64,000 nt of DNA from an uncultured Chloroflexia bacterium (GTDB lineage Bacteria; Chloroflexota; Limnocylindria; Limnocylindrales; CSP1-4), in contig CAWFXA010000003.1 in NCBI GenBank assembly GCA_963819655.1, positions 96,001 through 160,000 of the forward strand, read 5' to 3'. Below the pieces are notes generated by a model. That model saw only the letters and a list, made by a program, of their open reading frames with translations. It had not been told where the DNA came from and made no database searches. Below, in pieces: positions 18,186 through 28,018 of the stretch. Position 1 is the first letter of the stretch. Each line of letters starts with the position of its first letter. The position numbers were made by a program, and so were the translations under genes.

Positions 18186-18406
18186 CCTGTCTCCTCCAAG
18201 GGGATTCACGTGCGTAGGTCAACGAGAGTGCGGTCGTGTTGCGCTGGGGGTCACCTCCCTGACCTGATGCGCAGTGCGAACGGTGGGGGTCCATTCTGCG
18301 CGCGACAGCATCGCCGCGGTACGCTTGGCGGCGAAGGATAGGTTGCCCCGATGATGGCGGTTCGACGGTGCAGCCGCAACGCGACGACGCGCGGCATCGA
18401 TGCACG

Positions 18407-18877
18407 ATGGTGTCCACACGCAACGGCTTGAGTCTATGTCTTGCCCGGCAGCTGGGATTGCTGCTCCCCGTGCTCCTCATGGCGTGCTCCGGACCCGGAG
18501 TGTCGGCGCCGGCGTCATCGCCAGCGCAGTCGTCGGCGCCGTCGTCGGCTCTCCCGACGCTCGAACTGGCAACGGCCGAACCATCGAAAGGTCCTCCAGG
18601 CGTGGATGAGCCACAGGTCTTCAGCGGCACTCTCGGTTCGGATGCCATCGAGGGCGGCTGTGTCTATCTCGAGACCCCGGACGGCCGCCGCCTCGAGGTG
18701 ATCTATCCGGACGGCTGGCGCGTCCGCCGCTCCCCACTGGCGTTGATCGGCCCTGATGGGTCGGATGTCGCCGGGCCGGGCGACACGATCACGATCCGTG
18801 GCGCCGAGGCGCAGGACATGGTGTCGATCTGTCAGATGGGCCCGATCGTCCGCGCCTTCGAGGTACTGCCCGGGTAA
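18407..18877 (+). CDS. Hypothetical lipoprotein
   Basis: LMAC lipobox, Ser/Pro linker, EGGCVYL...SICQMG Cys pair; start uncertain. Confidence 0.75.
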   Translation: MVSTRNGLSLCLARQLGLLLPVLLMACSGPGVSAPASSPAQSSAPSSALPTLELATAEPSKGPPGVDEPQVFSGTLGSDAIEGGCVYLETPDGRRLEVIYPDGWRVRRSPLALIGPDGSDVAGPGDTITIRGAEAQDMVSICQMGPIVRAFEVLPG

Positions 18878-18906
18878 CGCCGGGCATCGATCGCCGGACC
18901 CCACCC

Positions 18907-19254
18907 GAAGCGCTCGTTTCTTGCGTTCGACGCAAGCGGCCTGACTCCGGAACCCCATGTGAGCCGCGTCGCGCTCGTTCCTTGCGCGTCACGCAAGCGG
19001 CCTGCCCGACTTTGCGTCAGACGCATCTACGGTCGGCGTCAGAGCCTCGAAGCGCTGGCTTCTTGCGTCTAACGCAAGCGATCGACCTGATGCGTCCCAA
19101 GACGGCTAGGTTTCTTGCATCAGACGAAGGAATCTGGACAGATCGCGGCTCCGGAGACCCTGCTGGCGACGGTACGTGCGTCTGACGCAAGTCCGACCGC
19201 ATCGGCTTCAGGCGATGAGCAGAAGGCGACGCAACCGAGGCCGCCGAGCGCTTC
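18907..19254. repeat. Array of degenerate 17-bp palindromes (CTTGCGTCnnACGCAAG), REP/MITE-like
   Basis: Units at 18920, 18981, 19011, 19062, 19114, 19175; ends GAAGCGCTCG and CGAGCGCTTC are inverted. Confidence 0.8.
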
Positions 19255-19294
19255 AACGACCGTTTGGCGCTTGGCCGCCCCGTGGGCGCCGACC

Positions 19295-20581
19295 CTAGAC
19301 CCGCGGGATACCGGCGAGCGACTCCCCGAAGATCTCCACGGCCTCACTGATCTCGGCCGCCGTCACGTCGAGGGGCGGGATCCAGCGCACGACCTCGTGC
19401 TGCGAGCCGCAGGTCAGCACCAGCAGGCCGTGGTCGGCGCAGGCCGCGCTCAGTCGGTCGGGGAGGGAACCATCCGGCTCGCGGGTCGAACGATCCCGCA
19501 CGAACTCGACCCCGATCATCATGCCCGGACCGCGGATGTCACCGATCCGATCGTCCTCGGCGGCGATCCGCTCGAGGCCCGCGCGCAACTCCGCGCCGCG
19601 GGCGGCAGCGTTCTCGACCAGACCCTCGGAACGGATCGTCTCGAGCACCGCGATCCCCGCCGCGCACGCCACAGGGTTCCCCCCATACGTCGAGCCGTGC
19701 GCGCCACGCCCCCAGCGTTCATGCAGCTCCCGCGACGCCACGACCGCCGACAGCGGCAGTCCGTTCGCGATGGCCTTGGCCAGGACGACCACGTCCGGCA
19801 CGATGCCGGCGTGCTCGAATGCCCACATCCGGCCGGTCCGGCCATAGCCGCACTGGACCTCGTCGGCGATCAGCAGGATCCCGTGCTCGTCGCAGAAGGC
19901 GCGGAGCTCGCGCAGGAAAGCCGGGGGAGCGGGAGTGAAGCCGCCCTCGCCCTGGACCGCCTCGATCAGGATCGAACCGACCGCCGACGGCGGGATCGTG
20001 GTCGACGTCAGCGTCCGCAGGTCGGCCATGGCGCGAGCGACGGCAGCGCCCTCGTCACCGCCGAAGTCGCGGTAGACGGCCGGGAAGGTCGACAGATGGA
20101 CCGATGGCAGCAGCGGTTCATACCCGACTCGGTAGTTGATGGCGGAGCTCGTGACCGACATCGCGCCGAACGTCCGACCGTGGAACCCGCCCCGGAACGC
20201 GATGATCCCGGGCCGGCCAGTCACGCGCCGCGCCAGCTTCATCGCCGCGTCGATCGCCTCGGACCCGGAGTTGAGGAAGATCGTCGTATCGAGCTGCGCC
20301 GGGAACACCGACGCGAGCTCGTCGGCCAGCCGGGAGATCGGTTCCGTGAAGCCCATCGCCGACACCGGGCCGATCAGCTTGTCGACCTGGGCATGGATGG
20401 CCGCGGTCACCCGTGGATGGACGTGCCCCAGCGCCGTGACGGCGATGCCGTTCGCGAAATCGAGGTATGCGCGACCCTCGGTGTCGAACAGTCGATGCCC
20501 CTCGCCATGACTCCACTGCCTCTGGAAATACCGGCCCAGGACAGGCGTCAGGTGGGGCGCGGGCGTGACGGCGACGTCCAT
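19295..20581 (-). CDS. gabT: Class III aminotransferase (4-aminobutyrate aminotransferase-like)
   Basis: YLDFANGIAV, NSGSEA, FHGRT, EAVQGEGG, ADEVQCGYGRTG, AKAIANG. Confidence 0.88.
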   Translation of the reverse strand: MDVAVTPAPHLTPVLGRYFQRQWSHGEGHRLFDTEGRAYLDFANGIAVTALGHVHPRVTAAIHAQVDKLIGPVSAMGFTEPISRLADELASVFPAQLDTTIFLNSGSEAIDAAMKLARRVTGRPGIIAFRGGFHGRTFGAMSVTSSAINYRVGYEPLLPSVHLSTFPAVYRDFGGDEGAAVARAMADLRTLTSTTIPPSAVGSILIEAVQGEGGFTPAPPAFLRELRAFCDEHGILLIADEVQCGYGRTGRMWAFEHAGIVPDVVVLAKAIANGLPLSAVVASRELHERWGRGAHGSTYGGNPVACAAGIAVLETIRSEGLVENAAARGAELRAGLERIAAEDDRIGDIRGPGMMIGVEFVRDRSTREPDGSLPDRLSAACADHGLLVLTCGSQHEVVRWIPPLDVTAAEISEAVEIFGESLAGIPRV

Positions 20582-20656
20582 CGGCGGAGTGTAGCGGGCG
20601 CACCGCGCGCGATTTGAAAGGCCTTCGGAGGACCGCCGCCGCGTACGATGCGCGGC

Positions 20657-21877
20657 ATGGTGGATTTCACGCTCACGGACGAGAACAAGCTCGTCCAGCA
20701 GGCGGCCCGGGCATTCGCGGAGGCCGAGATCCTGCCCCACATCCGTGCATGGGACGAGAAGGGCGAAGTCCACCGCGAGGTCTTCGAGAAGATGGCCGAG
20801 CAGGGGTTTCTCGGGGCGCCGATCCCTGAGACATACGGCGGCGGCGGCATGGACTACATCAGCTTCGCGATCCTGTGCGAGGAGCTCGAGCGTGCCGACA
20901 CCGCGTTCCGCGTCGTCCAGAGCGTCCACGTCGGCCTGAACTCGCTGGCTCTCCTGCAGTGGGGGACCGAGGAGCAGCGCCAGCGCTGGCTGGTGCCCCA
21001 GGCGAAGGGGGAGAAGCTCGCCACGTTCGGGCTCACCGAGCCGGGCGTCGGCACAGACGCCGGCAACCTGCAGACGACAGCCCGCCGGGACGGCTCGGCC
21101 TATCGACTCAACGGCCAGAAGATCTGGATCAGCCTGGCCGACCTGGCCGACCATTTCCTGGTCTTCGCGACCATCGACCGGTCGATGAAGCACAAGGGCG
21201 TGACGGCCTTCCTGGTCGAGCGAGGCATGCGGGGTCTGAGCACGGGCACGCTCCACGGGAAGCTCGGCATCCGGGCCGGCAACACCGGATTGATCAACCT
21301 CGACGACGTCGCCGTTCCCGAGGAGAACCGCATCGGTGAGGAAGGGGAAGGGTTCCTCGTCGCGATGAGCGCCATCGACCAGGGCCGCTACACCGTCGCC
21401 GCTGGTGCCGTCGGGCTCGCCCAGGCGTGCGTCGACGCCAGCGTTCGCTACGCCCACGAGCGCAAGACCTTCGGTCAGGAGATCGGCGAACACCAGCTCG
21501 TGAAGCAGCTCATCGCCAAGATGGTCGCTGGCACCGAGATCGGCCGATTGCTCGTGTGGCGCGCCGGTTGGCTGAAGAACCAGGGTCTCCGGAACACCCG
21601 GGAGACGAGCCTCGCCAAATGGCACGCGACCGAGCATTCGGTCCAGAGCGCGCTCGACGCCATCCAGGTCCACGGCGCCAACGGCTACTCGAACGAGTTC
21701 CCGGTCGAGCGCTACCTGCGCAACTCGAAGGCCGCGGTCATCTACGAAGGCACAAGCCAGCTGCATACGCTGATCCAGGCCGACTACGCGATGGGCTACC
21801 GCGAGGATCGACCGCTGCGCTGCGAACCCTGGCCGGCACAGGGCTGGGAGCGCAGCGCGGCCCGGACCGGCGCATGA
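20657..21877 (+). CDS. Acyl-CoA dehydrogenase
   Basis: FGLTEPGVGTD, LNGQKIWIS, QVHGANGY, IYEGTSQ. Confidence 0.93.
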   Translation: MVDFTLTDENKLVQQAARAFAEAEILPHIRAWDEKGEVHREVFEKMAEQGFLGAPIPETYGGGGMDYISFAILCEELERADTAFRVVQSVHVGLNSLALLQWGTEEQRQRWLVPQAKGEKLATFGLTEPGVGTDAGNLQTTARRDGSAYRLNGQKIWISLADLADHFLVFATIDRSMKHKGVTAFLVERGMRGLSTGTLHGKLGIRAGNTGLINLDDVAVPEENRIGEEGEGFLVAMSAIDQGRYTVAAGAVGLAQACVDASVRYAHERKTFGQEIGEHQLVKQLIAKMVAGTEIGRLLVWRAGWLKNQGLRNTRETSLAKWHATEHSVQSALDAIQVHGANGYSNEFPVERYLRNSKAAVIYEGTSQLHTLIQADYAMGYREDRPLRCEPWPAQGWERSAARTGA

Positions 21878-21914
21878 GGGCGACGGCGGTCCTGCCAGAG
21901 CCGCAACCCGATCC

Positions 21915-23927
21915 ATGAGCGCCTGGACCGAGCGTGAGCTCGCGACGCTCGCCGAAGTGGCCGAGACATTCGTCCGCGGAGACGCTCGACGCCGCGCGCG
22001 GCTCACGACCGAGGTCCTCGAGCGGGCGGCGGACCCAGCCCAGGTCCGCCAGTTCCATCGCCTGCTGCGCATCCTGGAGTCGCGCTTCACGAACCTGCTC
22101 ATCGCGCGAGGCCCGACGCCGTTCTCGTCGATGTCCCCTGCCGCCCGCGAGCACTACCTCCTGAAGTGGTCGACCTCGCCGTTCGCGTCGCGGCGTACCG
22201 CATTCGCCACCTTGCGCAAGCTCATGACGTTCCTCGCCTATGCCGACCCGGGGGCGGATGCCTCCGGGAATCCCCGCCATGCTGTGATCGGGTACGAGCC
22301 GGAGCGGCCGCCGGTGACCGCGGATCGCACGCCGATCCGCCCCGACGCGCTGCCGTTCGACGAGGGCTCGGCCGACGAGCCGATCACCCTCGAGGCCGAC
22401 GTCGTCGTGGTCGGGTCGGGTGCCGGAGGAGGCGTCGTGGCGGCCGCCCTTGCGGAGGCAGGCCGCTCGGTCGTCGTGCTCGAAGCCGGTCCGTTCGTCG
22501 ACGAGGCGTCGATGCCGCGCGACGAGCTCGATGCGTTCTCGCGGCTCTACCTCAACCACGGGCTGCTCTCGACCTGGGACGCGTCGATCACGATGCTGGC
22601 CGGCTCGGCGGTCGGTGGCGGCACGCTGGTCAACTGGATGACCATGATCGAAGCGCCCGAGGCAGTCCGGGCATCTTGGGCGCGCAACCACGGCATCGAC
22701 GACCTCGGCAACGGCGAGGCCTGGACCGAGGACGTCGGCACGCTCGAGAATGAATTGTCGGTGTCGGCGGTCAGGCGCGTCCCGCCCAAGGATCAGGTCA
22801 TCGTGCGTGGCGCCGAGCGGCTCAACTGGGAAGCGGCGCCTGCACGGCGCAACGCGGCGGCGGACTGCGATGACTGTGGCAGTTGTGCGTTCGGCTGCCG
22901 TCGCGGATCCAAGCAGTCCGGCATCCGCGTCCACCTGGCCCGTGCGTTCGAGGCGGGCGCCCGGATCGTGCCCCAGGTGCGTGTGACGAAGGTCTTGATC
23001 GAGCGCGGCAAGGCCCTAGGGGTGGAGGGGCGGGCGCTCGTGCCGGGGACCGAAGCGGCCCCGCGGACGCGCCGTCTGATCGTCCGTGCCCCGCAGGTCG
23101 TCGTGGCGGCCGGCGGCCTTCGATCGCCGGGGATCCTCCAGGCGTCGGGTCTCCGGCACCAGTCGATCGGGCGGCACCTGCGACTGCACCCGGTGCCGGT
23201 CGTGGTCGGTCGGATGACCATGCCCGTCGATATGTGGCTCGGACCGATGCAGGGCGCTCGATCGCTGGAGTTCCTCCCCGCAGAACCGGGCCGCAACAGC
23301 TACGTCATCGAATCCGCGCCGGGGCATCCCGGCCTGCTCGCGCTGGCGTTGCCGTGGGACGGCACGGACGCCCACGCTGCGTCGATGCGGGACGCCCGCT
23401 ATCTCGCCCCGCTGGTCGCCGTCACGCGGGACGGCGGACGGGGCCGGGTCACGCTGACGCGGTCGGGCCGGGTCCGGATCGACTACGAGCTCGACCAGGT
23501 CGGCGTCGCGACGCTCCGGCATGCGACGGTGCGGATGGCTCGCCTCGCACGCGCGGGGGGCGCCGGCGAGATCGTCGTCGCGGCCACGCCCGCGATCCGG
23601 TTCCATCCGATCCGCGGCTCGACCGGCGCCGACGCGGCCGCATTCGGCCGGTTCGAGGACCAGATCGAGCGCATGGATTTCAGGCCGAACCGCGGCTCGG
23701 TGTTCTCGGCCCACCAGATGGGCACGGTCAGGATGGGCGCCACGGCGCGTGAGCATCCGTGCGATCCGAACGGGCGCGTTCGAAGCAGGGGCCGTCGCGG
23801 TCGGATCGTGGCGGGCCTGTACGTGGCCGATTCGTCGCTCTTTCCGACGGCCCTCGGGGTCAACCCGATGCTGACCGTGATGGCCTTGGCGCGACGCGTG
23901 GCTCGGACGGTCCTGGCGGAAACGTGA
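21915..23927 (+). CDS. GMC oxidoreductase (long-chain alcohol oxidase-like)
   Basis: GSGAGG, GGGTLVN, CGSCAFGC, SAHQMGT, GVNPMLT. Confidence 0.9.
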   Translation: MSAWTERELATLAEVAETFVRGDARRRARLTTEVLERAADPAQVRQFHRLLRILESRFTNLLIARGPTPFSSMSPAAREHYLLKWSTSPFASRRTAFATLRKLMTFLAYADPGADASGNPRHAVIGYEPERPPVTADRTPIRPDALPFDEGSADEPITLEADVVVVGSGAGGGVVAAALAEAGRSVVVLEAGPFVDEASMPRDELDAFSRLYLNHGLLSTWDASITMLAGSAVGGGTLVNWMTMIEAPEAVRASWARNHGIDDLGNGEAWTEDVGTLENELSVSAVRRVPPKDQVIVRGAERLNWEAAPARRNAAADCDDCGSCAFGCRRGSKQSGIRVHLARAFEAGARIVPQVRVTKVLIERGKALGVEGRALVPGTEAAPRTRRLIVRAPQVVVAAGGLRSPGILQASGLRHQSIGRHLRLHPVPVVVGRMTMPVDMWLGPMQGARSLEFLPAEPGRNSYVIESAPGHPGLLALALPWDGTDAHAASMRDARYLAPLVAVTRDGGRGRVTLTRSGRVRIDYELDQVGVATLRHATVRMARLARAGGAGEIVVAATPAIRFHPIRGSTGADAAAFGRFEDQIERMDFRPNRGSVFSAHQMGTVRMGATAREHPCDPNGRVRSRGRRGRIVAGLYVADSSLFPTALGVNPMLTVMALARRVARTVLAET

Positions 23928-24876
23928 CCTCGGCGCCGGCGGCGCGCGGGCCCGCCATCCGGCTGCGCGCCGTCACGATGAGCGCGACCGCCCCGACGAT
24001 GATCGCCCCGGCGACGAGCGTCCGCGGCCCGATCGGTTCGGACAGCAGGAGCGCTCCGAGGATGACTGCCACGATCGGATTGACATACGCGTAGGTCGCG
24101 ACAAGCGGCAGCGGCGCCACTCGGAGCATCCAGCCGAACGTCGTGAACGCCAACAGGCTGCCGATGACCGTGAGGTACAGGAAGGCGGTGAACGACTCGG
24201 TCGAGACGGCAGACGCGTCGAACCGGCCTGGTTCGCCGGTCGCGACCGACATCACGGCGAGGACGGCAGACCCGGCCACCATCTGGCTGCCGGTCGCCAT
24301 CAAGGGATGTTGTGGCAGGACCGCGCGATGGGTGGCATACAGCGAGCCGACCGACCAGGCGATCGGCGACACGATGAGGGCTGCCAGGCCGGCGGCATCA
24401 AGGGCATCGCTCGCACCGAGCGCCGTCGGGCCGGCAAGGACCGCGACCCCGACGAACCCGACGACGATGCCGATTCCTGCGATCCGCGGCAGGCGCTCGC
24501 CGAGGAACAGCCGTCCGAGCACGGCGACCCATACCGGCATCAGGGCGATCAGGAGGGCGGCGATGCCGGACGGGATCGTCTGCTCGCCCCACGCGACCAT
24601 GCCCATCCCGCCGCCGAGCAGGAGTGCCCCGACGATGCTCGTATCGCGCACCTCGCGGCGGCTGGGCAGACGGAACTCGCCGCGTCGACGCAGCGCCACC
24701 CACCCGAGAAGCACGAGGCCCGCGAGTCCGAAGCGAAGCGCCGCCATGAGGAAAGGCGGCATCGTGTCGACGGCGACCGCGATCGCGAGGTAGGTCGAGC
24801 CCCAGACCACGTACAGGATCCCGAGGCCGAGCCAGATCGCCCGACGGTCCGGGCTACGGTCGTGCTCGCTTGGCAT
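23860..24876 (-). CDS. EamA/DMT transporter (YedA-like)
   Basis: YVVWGSTYLAI, YAYVNP, about 10 TM helices. Confidence 0.9.
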   Translation of the reverse strand: MPSEHDRSPDRRAIWLGLGILYVVWGSTYLAIAVAVDTMPPFLMAALRFGLAGLVLLGWVALRRRGEFRLPSRREVRDTSIVGALLLGGGMGMVAWGEQTIPSGIAALLIALMPVWVAVLGRLFLGERLPRIAGIGIVVGFVGVAVLAGPTALGASDALDAAGLAALIVSPIAWSVGSLYATHRAVLPQHPLMATGSQMVAGSAVLAVMSVATGEPGRFDASAVSTESFTAFLYLTVIGSLLAFTTFGWMLRVAPLPLVATYAYVNPIVAVILGALLLSEPIGPRTLVAGAIIVGAVALIVTARSRMAGPRAAGAEVTFPPGPSEPRVAPRPSRSASG

Positions 24877-24969
24877 AGTCCGATGGTCCAAGGTAAGAGC
24901 ATACGCGGGAAGCGACCGGCGTGCGCCGTCGGTCAGTCGCCGTCGGTTGATCGCCGGGTCAGCCGGGGC

Positions 24970-25767
24970 TCACGCGGCAGCCGCGACGGGGCGGCAGACC
25001 TTGCACGGCCGATAGCCGGCCGCCCCGGCCTCGTCGAGCGAGCGGAACGGCCGACGGTTCTTCTCCAGCATGTGGCGGCCCGTGCGGCACGTCGGCCAGC
25101 ACACGATCCGGGTCGACGCGCAACCGACCAGGCGCTCGCCACGGCGGCCCGCATCCTCCATCGCGTCGGGGTCGAGGCCCTCGGCGGACAGGATCGTCCG
25201 CTTGTTCGCGGGACCGCCGAGCGAGTACTGGCCGATCGAGCCGTCGGTCCGGACGACGCGGTGGCAGGGCACGATCAGAGGCACCGGGTTGTGGCCGAGG
25301 GCGCTGCCGACGGCGCGGACCGCCTTCGGTCGGCCGATCTCCGCGGCGATCCAGCCGTACGGCCGGACCTCGCCGCGTGGGATCTCGAGGGCCTTCCGCC
25401 AGACATCCTGCTCGAACGGGCTATGGCCGCGCAGGTCGAGCGGGATCCTGACCCGCCGGTCGCCGTCGAGGCGGCGGGTGATCGCGTTGGCCAGCCGCGG
25501 TGGCAGGTCGGCCGGGATGGCCCGTCGCCCGGTCGTGGCCAGGTGACGCGCCTCGAACGCGCCGTCGTCCCCGGCCAGGTCGACCGTCGAGACGCCGCGT
25601 CCGTTCCACGCCACGACGAGCTGCCCCAGCGGCGAGTCGACATGGCCATAACCATCCGCGAGCCCGACCTCGACCAGGACCGAGGCACGCAGGGTCGACG
25701 GGGCGGGAAGCACGAGATCGGCGAGGGCCGCCGACTCGATGTCGGTGGCGTCGAGCGGGCTGGTCAT
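24970..25767 (-). CDS. ogt: Methylated-DNA--protein-cysteine methyltransferase with C-terminal Ada metal-binding domain
   Basis: RAVG...NPVPLIVPCHRVV active site; CWPTC...GYRPCKVC zinc motif. Confidence 0.9.
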   Translation of the reverse strand: MTSPLDATDIESAALADLVLPAPSTLRASVLVEVGLADGYGHVDSPLGQLVVAWNGRGVSTVDLAGDDGAFEARHLATTGRRAIPADLPPRLANAITRRLDGDRRVRIPLDLRGHSPFEQDVWRKALEIPRGEVRPYGWIAAEIGRPKAVRAVGSALGHNPVPLIVPCHRVVRTDGSIGQYSLGGPANKRTILSAEGLDPDAMEDAGRRGERLVGCASTRIVCWPTCRTGRHMLEKNRRPFRSLDEAGAAGYRPCKVCRPVAAAA

Positions 25768-26363
25768 GCGGTCATCTCCTCGAGCTCGCGGCGGCTCTCC
25801 GCCTCGAGCATCGTGCGTAACAGGGCGATCCCCCGATGGACCTGGGCCTTCACGGTGCCCTCGGGTCGACCGAGCGCGGCGGCGGCCTCGGGATAGGTCA
25901 TCCCGTCCACGTGGCGCAGCACCACCGCCGATCGATACGACGGCGGCAGGGCCGTCAAGCGCGCCGCCCAACGATCCCGTTCGGCGTGTCGTTCGGCGAT
26001 CTCTGGCGGAGCTGTCGAGGCCGGGGCCGCGGGATCCGGCGGACGCGCGCCGTCGCCATCGATCGAGATCGGGCGCGGGCCACGCGTCGCGCGCCGCGCC
26101 CCGACCGATCGACATCGATTGAGGACGATCGTCGTCAGCCAGGGCCGGAGCCGAAGCTCGCGGATCCTGTCCCCGTCGTACGAGGCAAGCGCGCGGTAAG
26201 CGCGGACGAGGGCGTCCTGGGCGGCCTCCTCCGCGTCGCCGGCATCCCCGAGCATCCGGGCGGCGATCGTATAGAGACGGTCCTGGTGGGCGACGACCAG
26301 CGCGTCGAAGGCGCGATCGAGGTCATCCGCGAGGGCTGTCGTCAGGCGGTCATCGGCGTCCAT
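25764..26363 (-). CDS. ECF sigma-70 factor
   Basis: DAEEAAQD, WLTTIVLN, region 4 TYPEAAAALGRPEGTVKAQVHRG; ATGA overlap with ogt. Confidence 0.92.
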   Translation of the reverse strand: MDADDRLTTALADDLDRAFDALVVAHQDRLYTIAARMLGDAGDAEEAAQDALVRAYRALASYDGDRIRELRLRPWLTTIVLNRCRSVGARRATRGPRPISIDGDGARPPDPAAPASTAPPEIAERHAERDRWAARLTALPPSYRSAVVLRHVDGMTYPEAAAALGRPEGTVKAQVHRGIALLRTMLEAESRRELEEMTA

Positions 26364-26370
26364 CACTGGC

Positions 26371-26400
26371 TAGAACCGAGTCGCCGCCGCAACCGTTGCA
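26371..26400 (-). promoter_or_regulatory. Candidate ECF autoregulatory promoter (TGCAAC...GTTCTA)
   Basis: AAC-containing -35 and TCTA-type -10 directly upstream of the sigma start. Confidence 0.45.
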
Positions 26401-26460
26401 CGACGCCACGGTAACCCCGACTCACCTCGGCCGACCGTGGCCCCGTGCGACAATCGGCGC

Positions 26461-27474
26461 ATGGGCCACGACGATCGCTTCGACGACCTGATCGCCAGCC
26501 TCGGGGGCTTCCATCGCTCCTGGCTCATCTACCTCGGGATCGATCTCGGGCTGTTCGCCCGGATCCGCGCCGCCGGCGAAGGCGGCATCACGCCCGACAC
26601 GCTGGCCGACGAGACCGGCACGAAGCGCGAGGCGGTGGCTGCCTGGTCGTGGGCGACCGACGCGCACGATCTGACGACCTTCGAGGATGGCCGCCTGACG
26701 GTCGACGACGACGTCGCCGAGATCCTGCTCGACGACCAGCGTGCCGAGTTCCTGGGCGGCCAATTCGTCCATGCCGTGGTCGCGTCGATGGACTGGGGCG
26801 GCATGGAGGAGTTCTTCCGGACCGGGCAGCCGATCCGGGATCGGCCGGACCGCTATCGGGCGGCAATCGAGCGCCTCACCCGCCAGGACATCGCGGTGTT
26901 CTTCCAGGAGGTGCTGGCCGCCCTGCCCCAGCTGGTCGCGGAGCTCTCGAACGGCGGCCGCGTCGTGGACATCCACTGCGGGGGCGGCCGGTGGCTCGTC
27001 GCCATGGCGCGCCGATTCCCCGCGCTGGAGCTCATCGGCGTGGAGTTCGAGGCGGATTCGGTCGCGCGGGCGCGCGCGACGATCGAGAGCGAGGGCCTGT
27101 CCGACCGCATCGAGATCCGCCAAGCGAAAGCCACGGATCCGGGCCACGTCGATGAATACGATCTGGCGTACCTCCAATACGCCCTCCACCAGCTCGACGA
27201 TGCCCCGCGCGTGCTGGCTGCCGCGTGGGCTGCCCTTCGCCCCGGCGGCCGCCTGCTGGTCCTCGACTGGCCGCTGCCGTCCGGCCCGGACGAATTCCGG
27301 ACGAGGCACGGCGAGATCATCGCCGGGGTCCAGCTCGACGAGCTGTACCAAGGCACGGCGCTCGCGACGCGCGATCAGTTCCTGACCTGGTTCGCGGACG
27401 GGGGTGTGCCCGCCCCCGTCACGATCGACCTGCCATCCGGTGCGGCCGTCTTCCTCGCGGAGCGGCCCGACTGA
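26461..27474 (+). CDS. Class I SAM-dependent methyltransferase with N-terminal winged helix
   Basis: IYLGIDLGLF, VVDIHCGGG, YALHQL, ALRPGG. Confidence 0.88.
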   Translation: MGHDDRFDDLIASLGGFHRSWLIYLGIDLGLFARIRAAGEGGITPDTLADETGTKREAVAAWSWATDAHDLTTFEDGRLTVDDDVAEILLDDQRAEFLGGQFVHAVVASMDWGGMEEFFRTGQPIRDRPDRYRAAIERLTRQDIAVFFQEVLAALPQLVAELSNGGRVVDIHCGGGRWLVAMARRFPALELIGVEFEADSVARARATIESEGLSDRIEIRQAKATDPGHVDEYDLAYLQYALHQLDDAPRVLAAAWAALRPGGRLLVLDWPLPSGPDEFRTRHGEIIAGVQLDELYQGTALATRDQFLTWFADGGVPAPVTIDLPSGAAVFLAERPD

Positions 27475-27483
27475 AGCCCGAAG

Positions 27484-27936
27484 TCAGCTGACCTCGACCT
27501 TGCCGGCCATGTTCGAGTGGATCTTGCAGATGATGTCGTACGAGCCTGCGACGTTGAACACCATCGCACCGGTCTCGCCGTTGTTCAGGTTGGCGGTCGA
27601 GCAGGTCGTGTCCGACTTGACGGTCGCCGTGTGCGTGGTGCTGTCGTTGTTCGTCCACGCGACGACGTCGCCGACTGTGGCCGTGATCGGCGTCGGATCG
27701 AACGCGAAGTCCGCAATCGACGCTGTGACCGTGCCGGCGTCGGTCGATGGCGCACATGCCGCTCCACCGGTCGCGGCGCTCTCCGAGGCCGCGGCGGGCT
27801 CGCTGGCGGGTGCCTCGCTGGCTGGCGCCGACGCCGCCGGCAGCGACGCCGCCGGGGCGGTCGCTGTCGCGCCTCCGCCACAGGCGCTCACGACCAGCAG
27901 CATGGCGGAGCCGAGGGCAAGGATCGTCCGGGTCAT
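27484..27936 (-). CDS. Cupredoxin/plastocyanin-family lipoprotein
   Basis: VSAC lipobox; HTAT...CKIHSNM type-1 Cu ligands; GAGGAGG RBS. Confidence 0.9.
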   Translation of the reverse strand: MTRTILALGSAMLLVVSACGGGATATAPAASLPAASAPASEAPASEPAAASESAATGGAACAPSTDAGTVTASIADFAFDPTPITATVGDVVAWTNNDSTTHTATVKSDTTCSTANLNNGETGAMVFNVAGSYDIICKIHSNMAGKVEVS

Positions 27937-27991
27937 GTCGACCTCCTCCTCGATGGGGGACCGTCCGTCGTCTCTGGGGGACGCCCCTTGG

Positions 27992-28018
27992 TACGCCGCC
28001 GCCGTGGGGGTGGTTTCA
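27992..28018 (-). promoter_or_regulatory. ECF-type promoter TGAAAC-N17-CGTA upstream of the cupredoxin
   Basis: Resembles the SigW-type ECF consensus. Confidence 0.5.

Noticed and set aside
18907-19254. CRISPR array
   Set aside because: Repeats are short and degenerate, spacing is irregular (30-61 bp), and there is no leader or cas gene in the window
19295-22102. 935-aa fusion ORF (also the long ORFs 12336-14762, 13058-15466, 47791-49782, 29734-31824, 3290-5182)
   Set aside because: Extensions are antisense or off-frame shadows of real genes in high-GC DNA, or products of frameshifts; true starts lie internally
23860-23927. Functional antisense overlap between the GMC and EamA genes
   Set aside because: Short convergent 3' overlap of a low-complexity tail; common in GC-rich genomes
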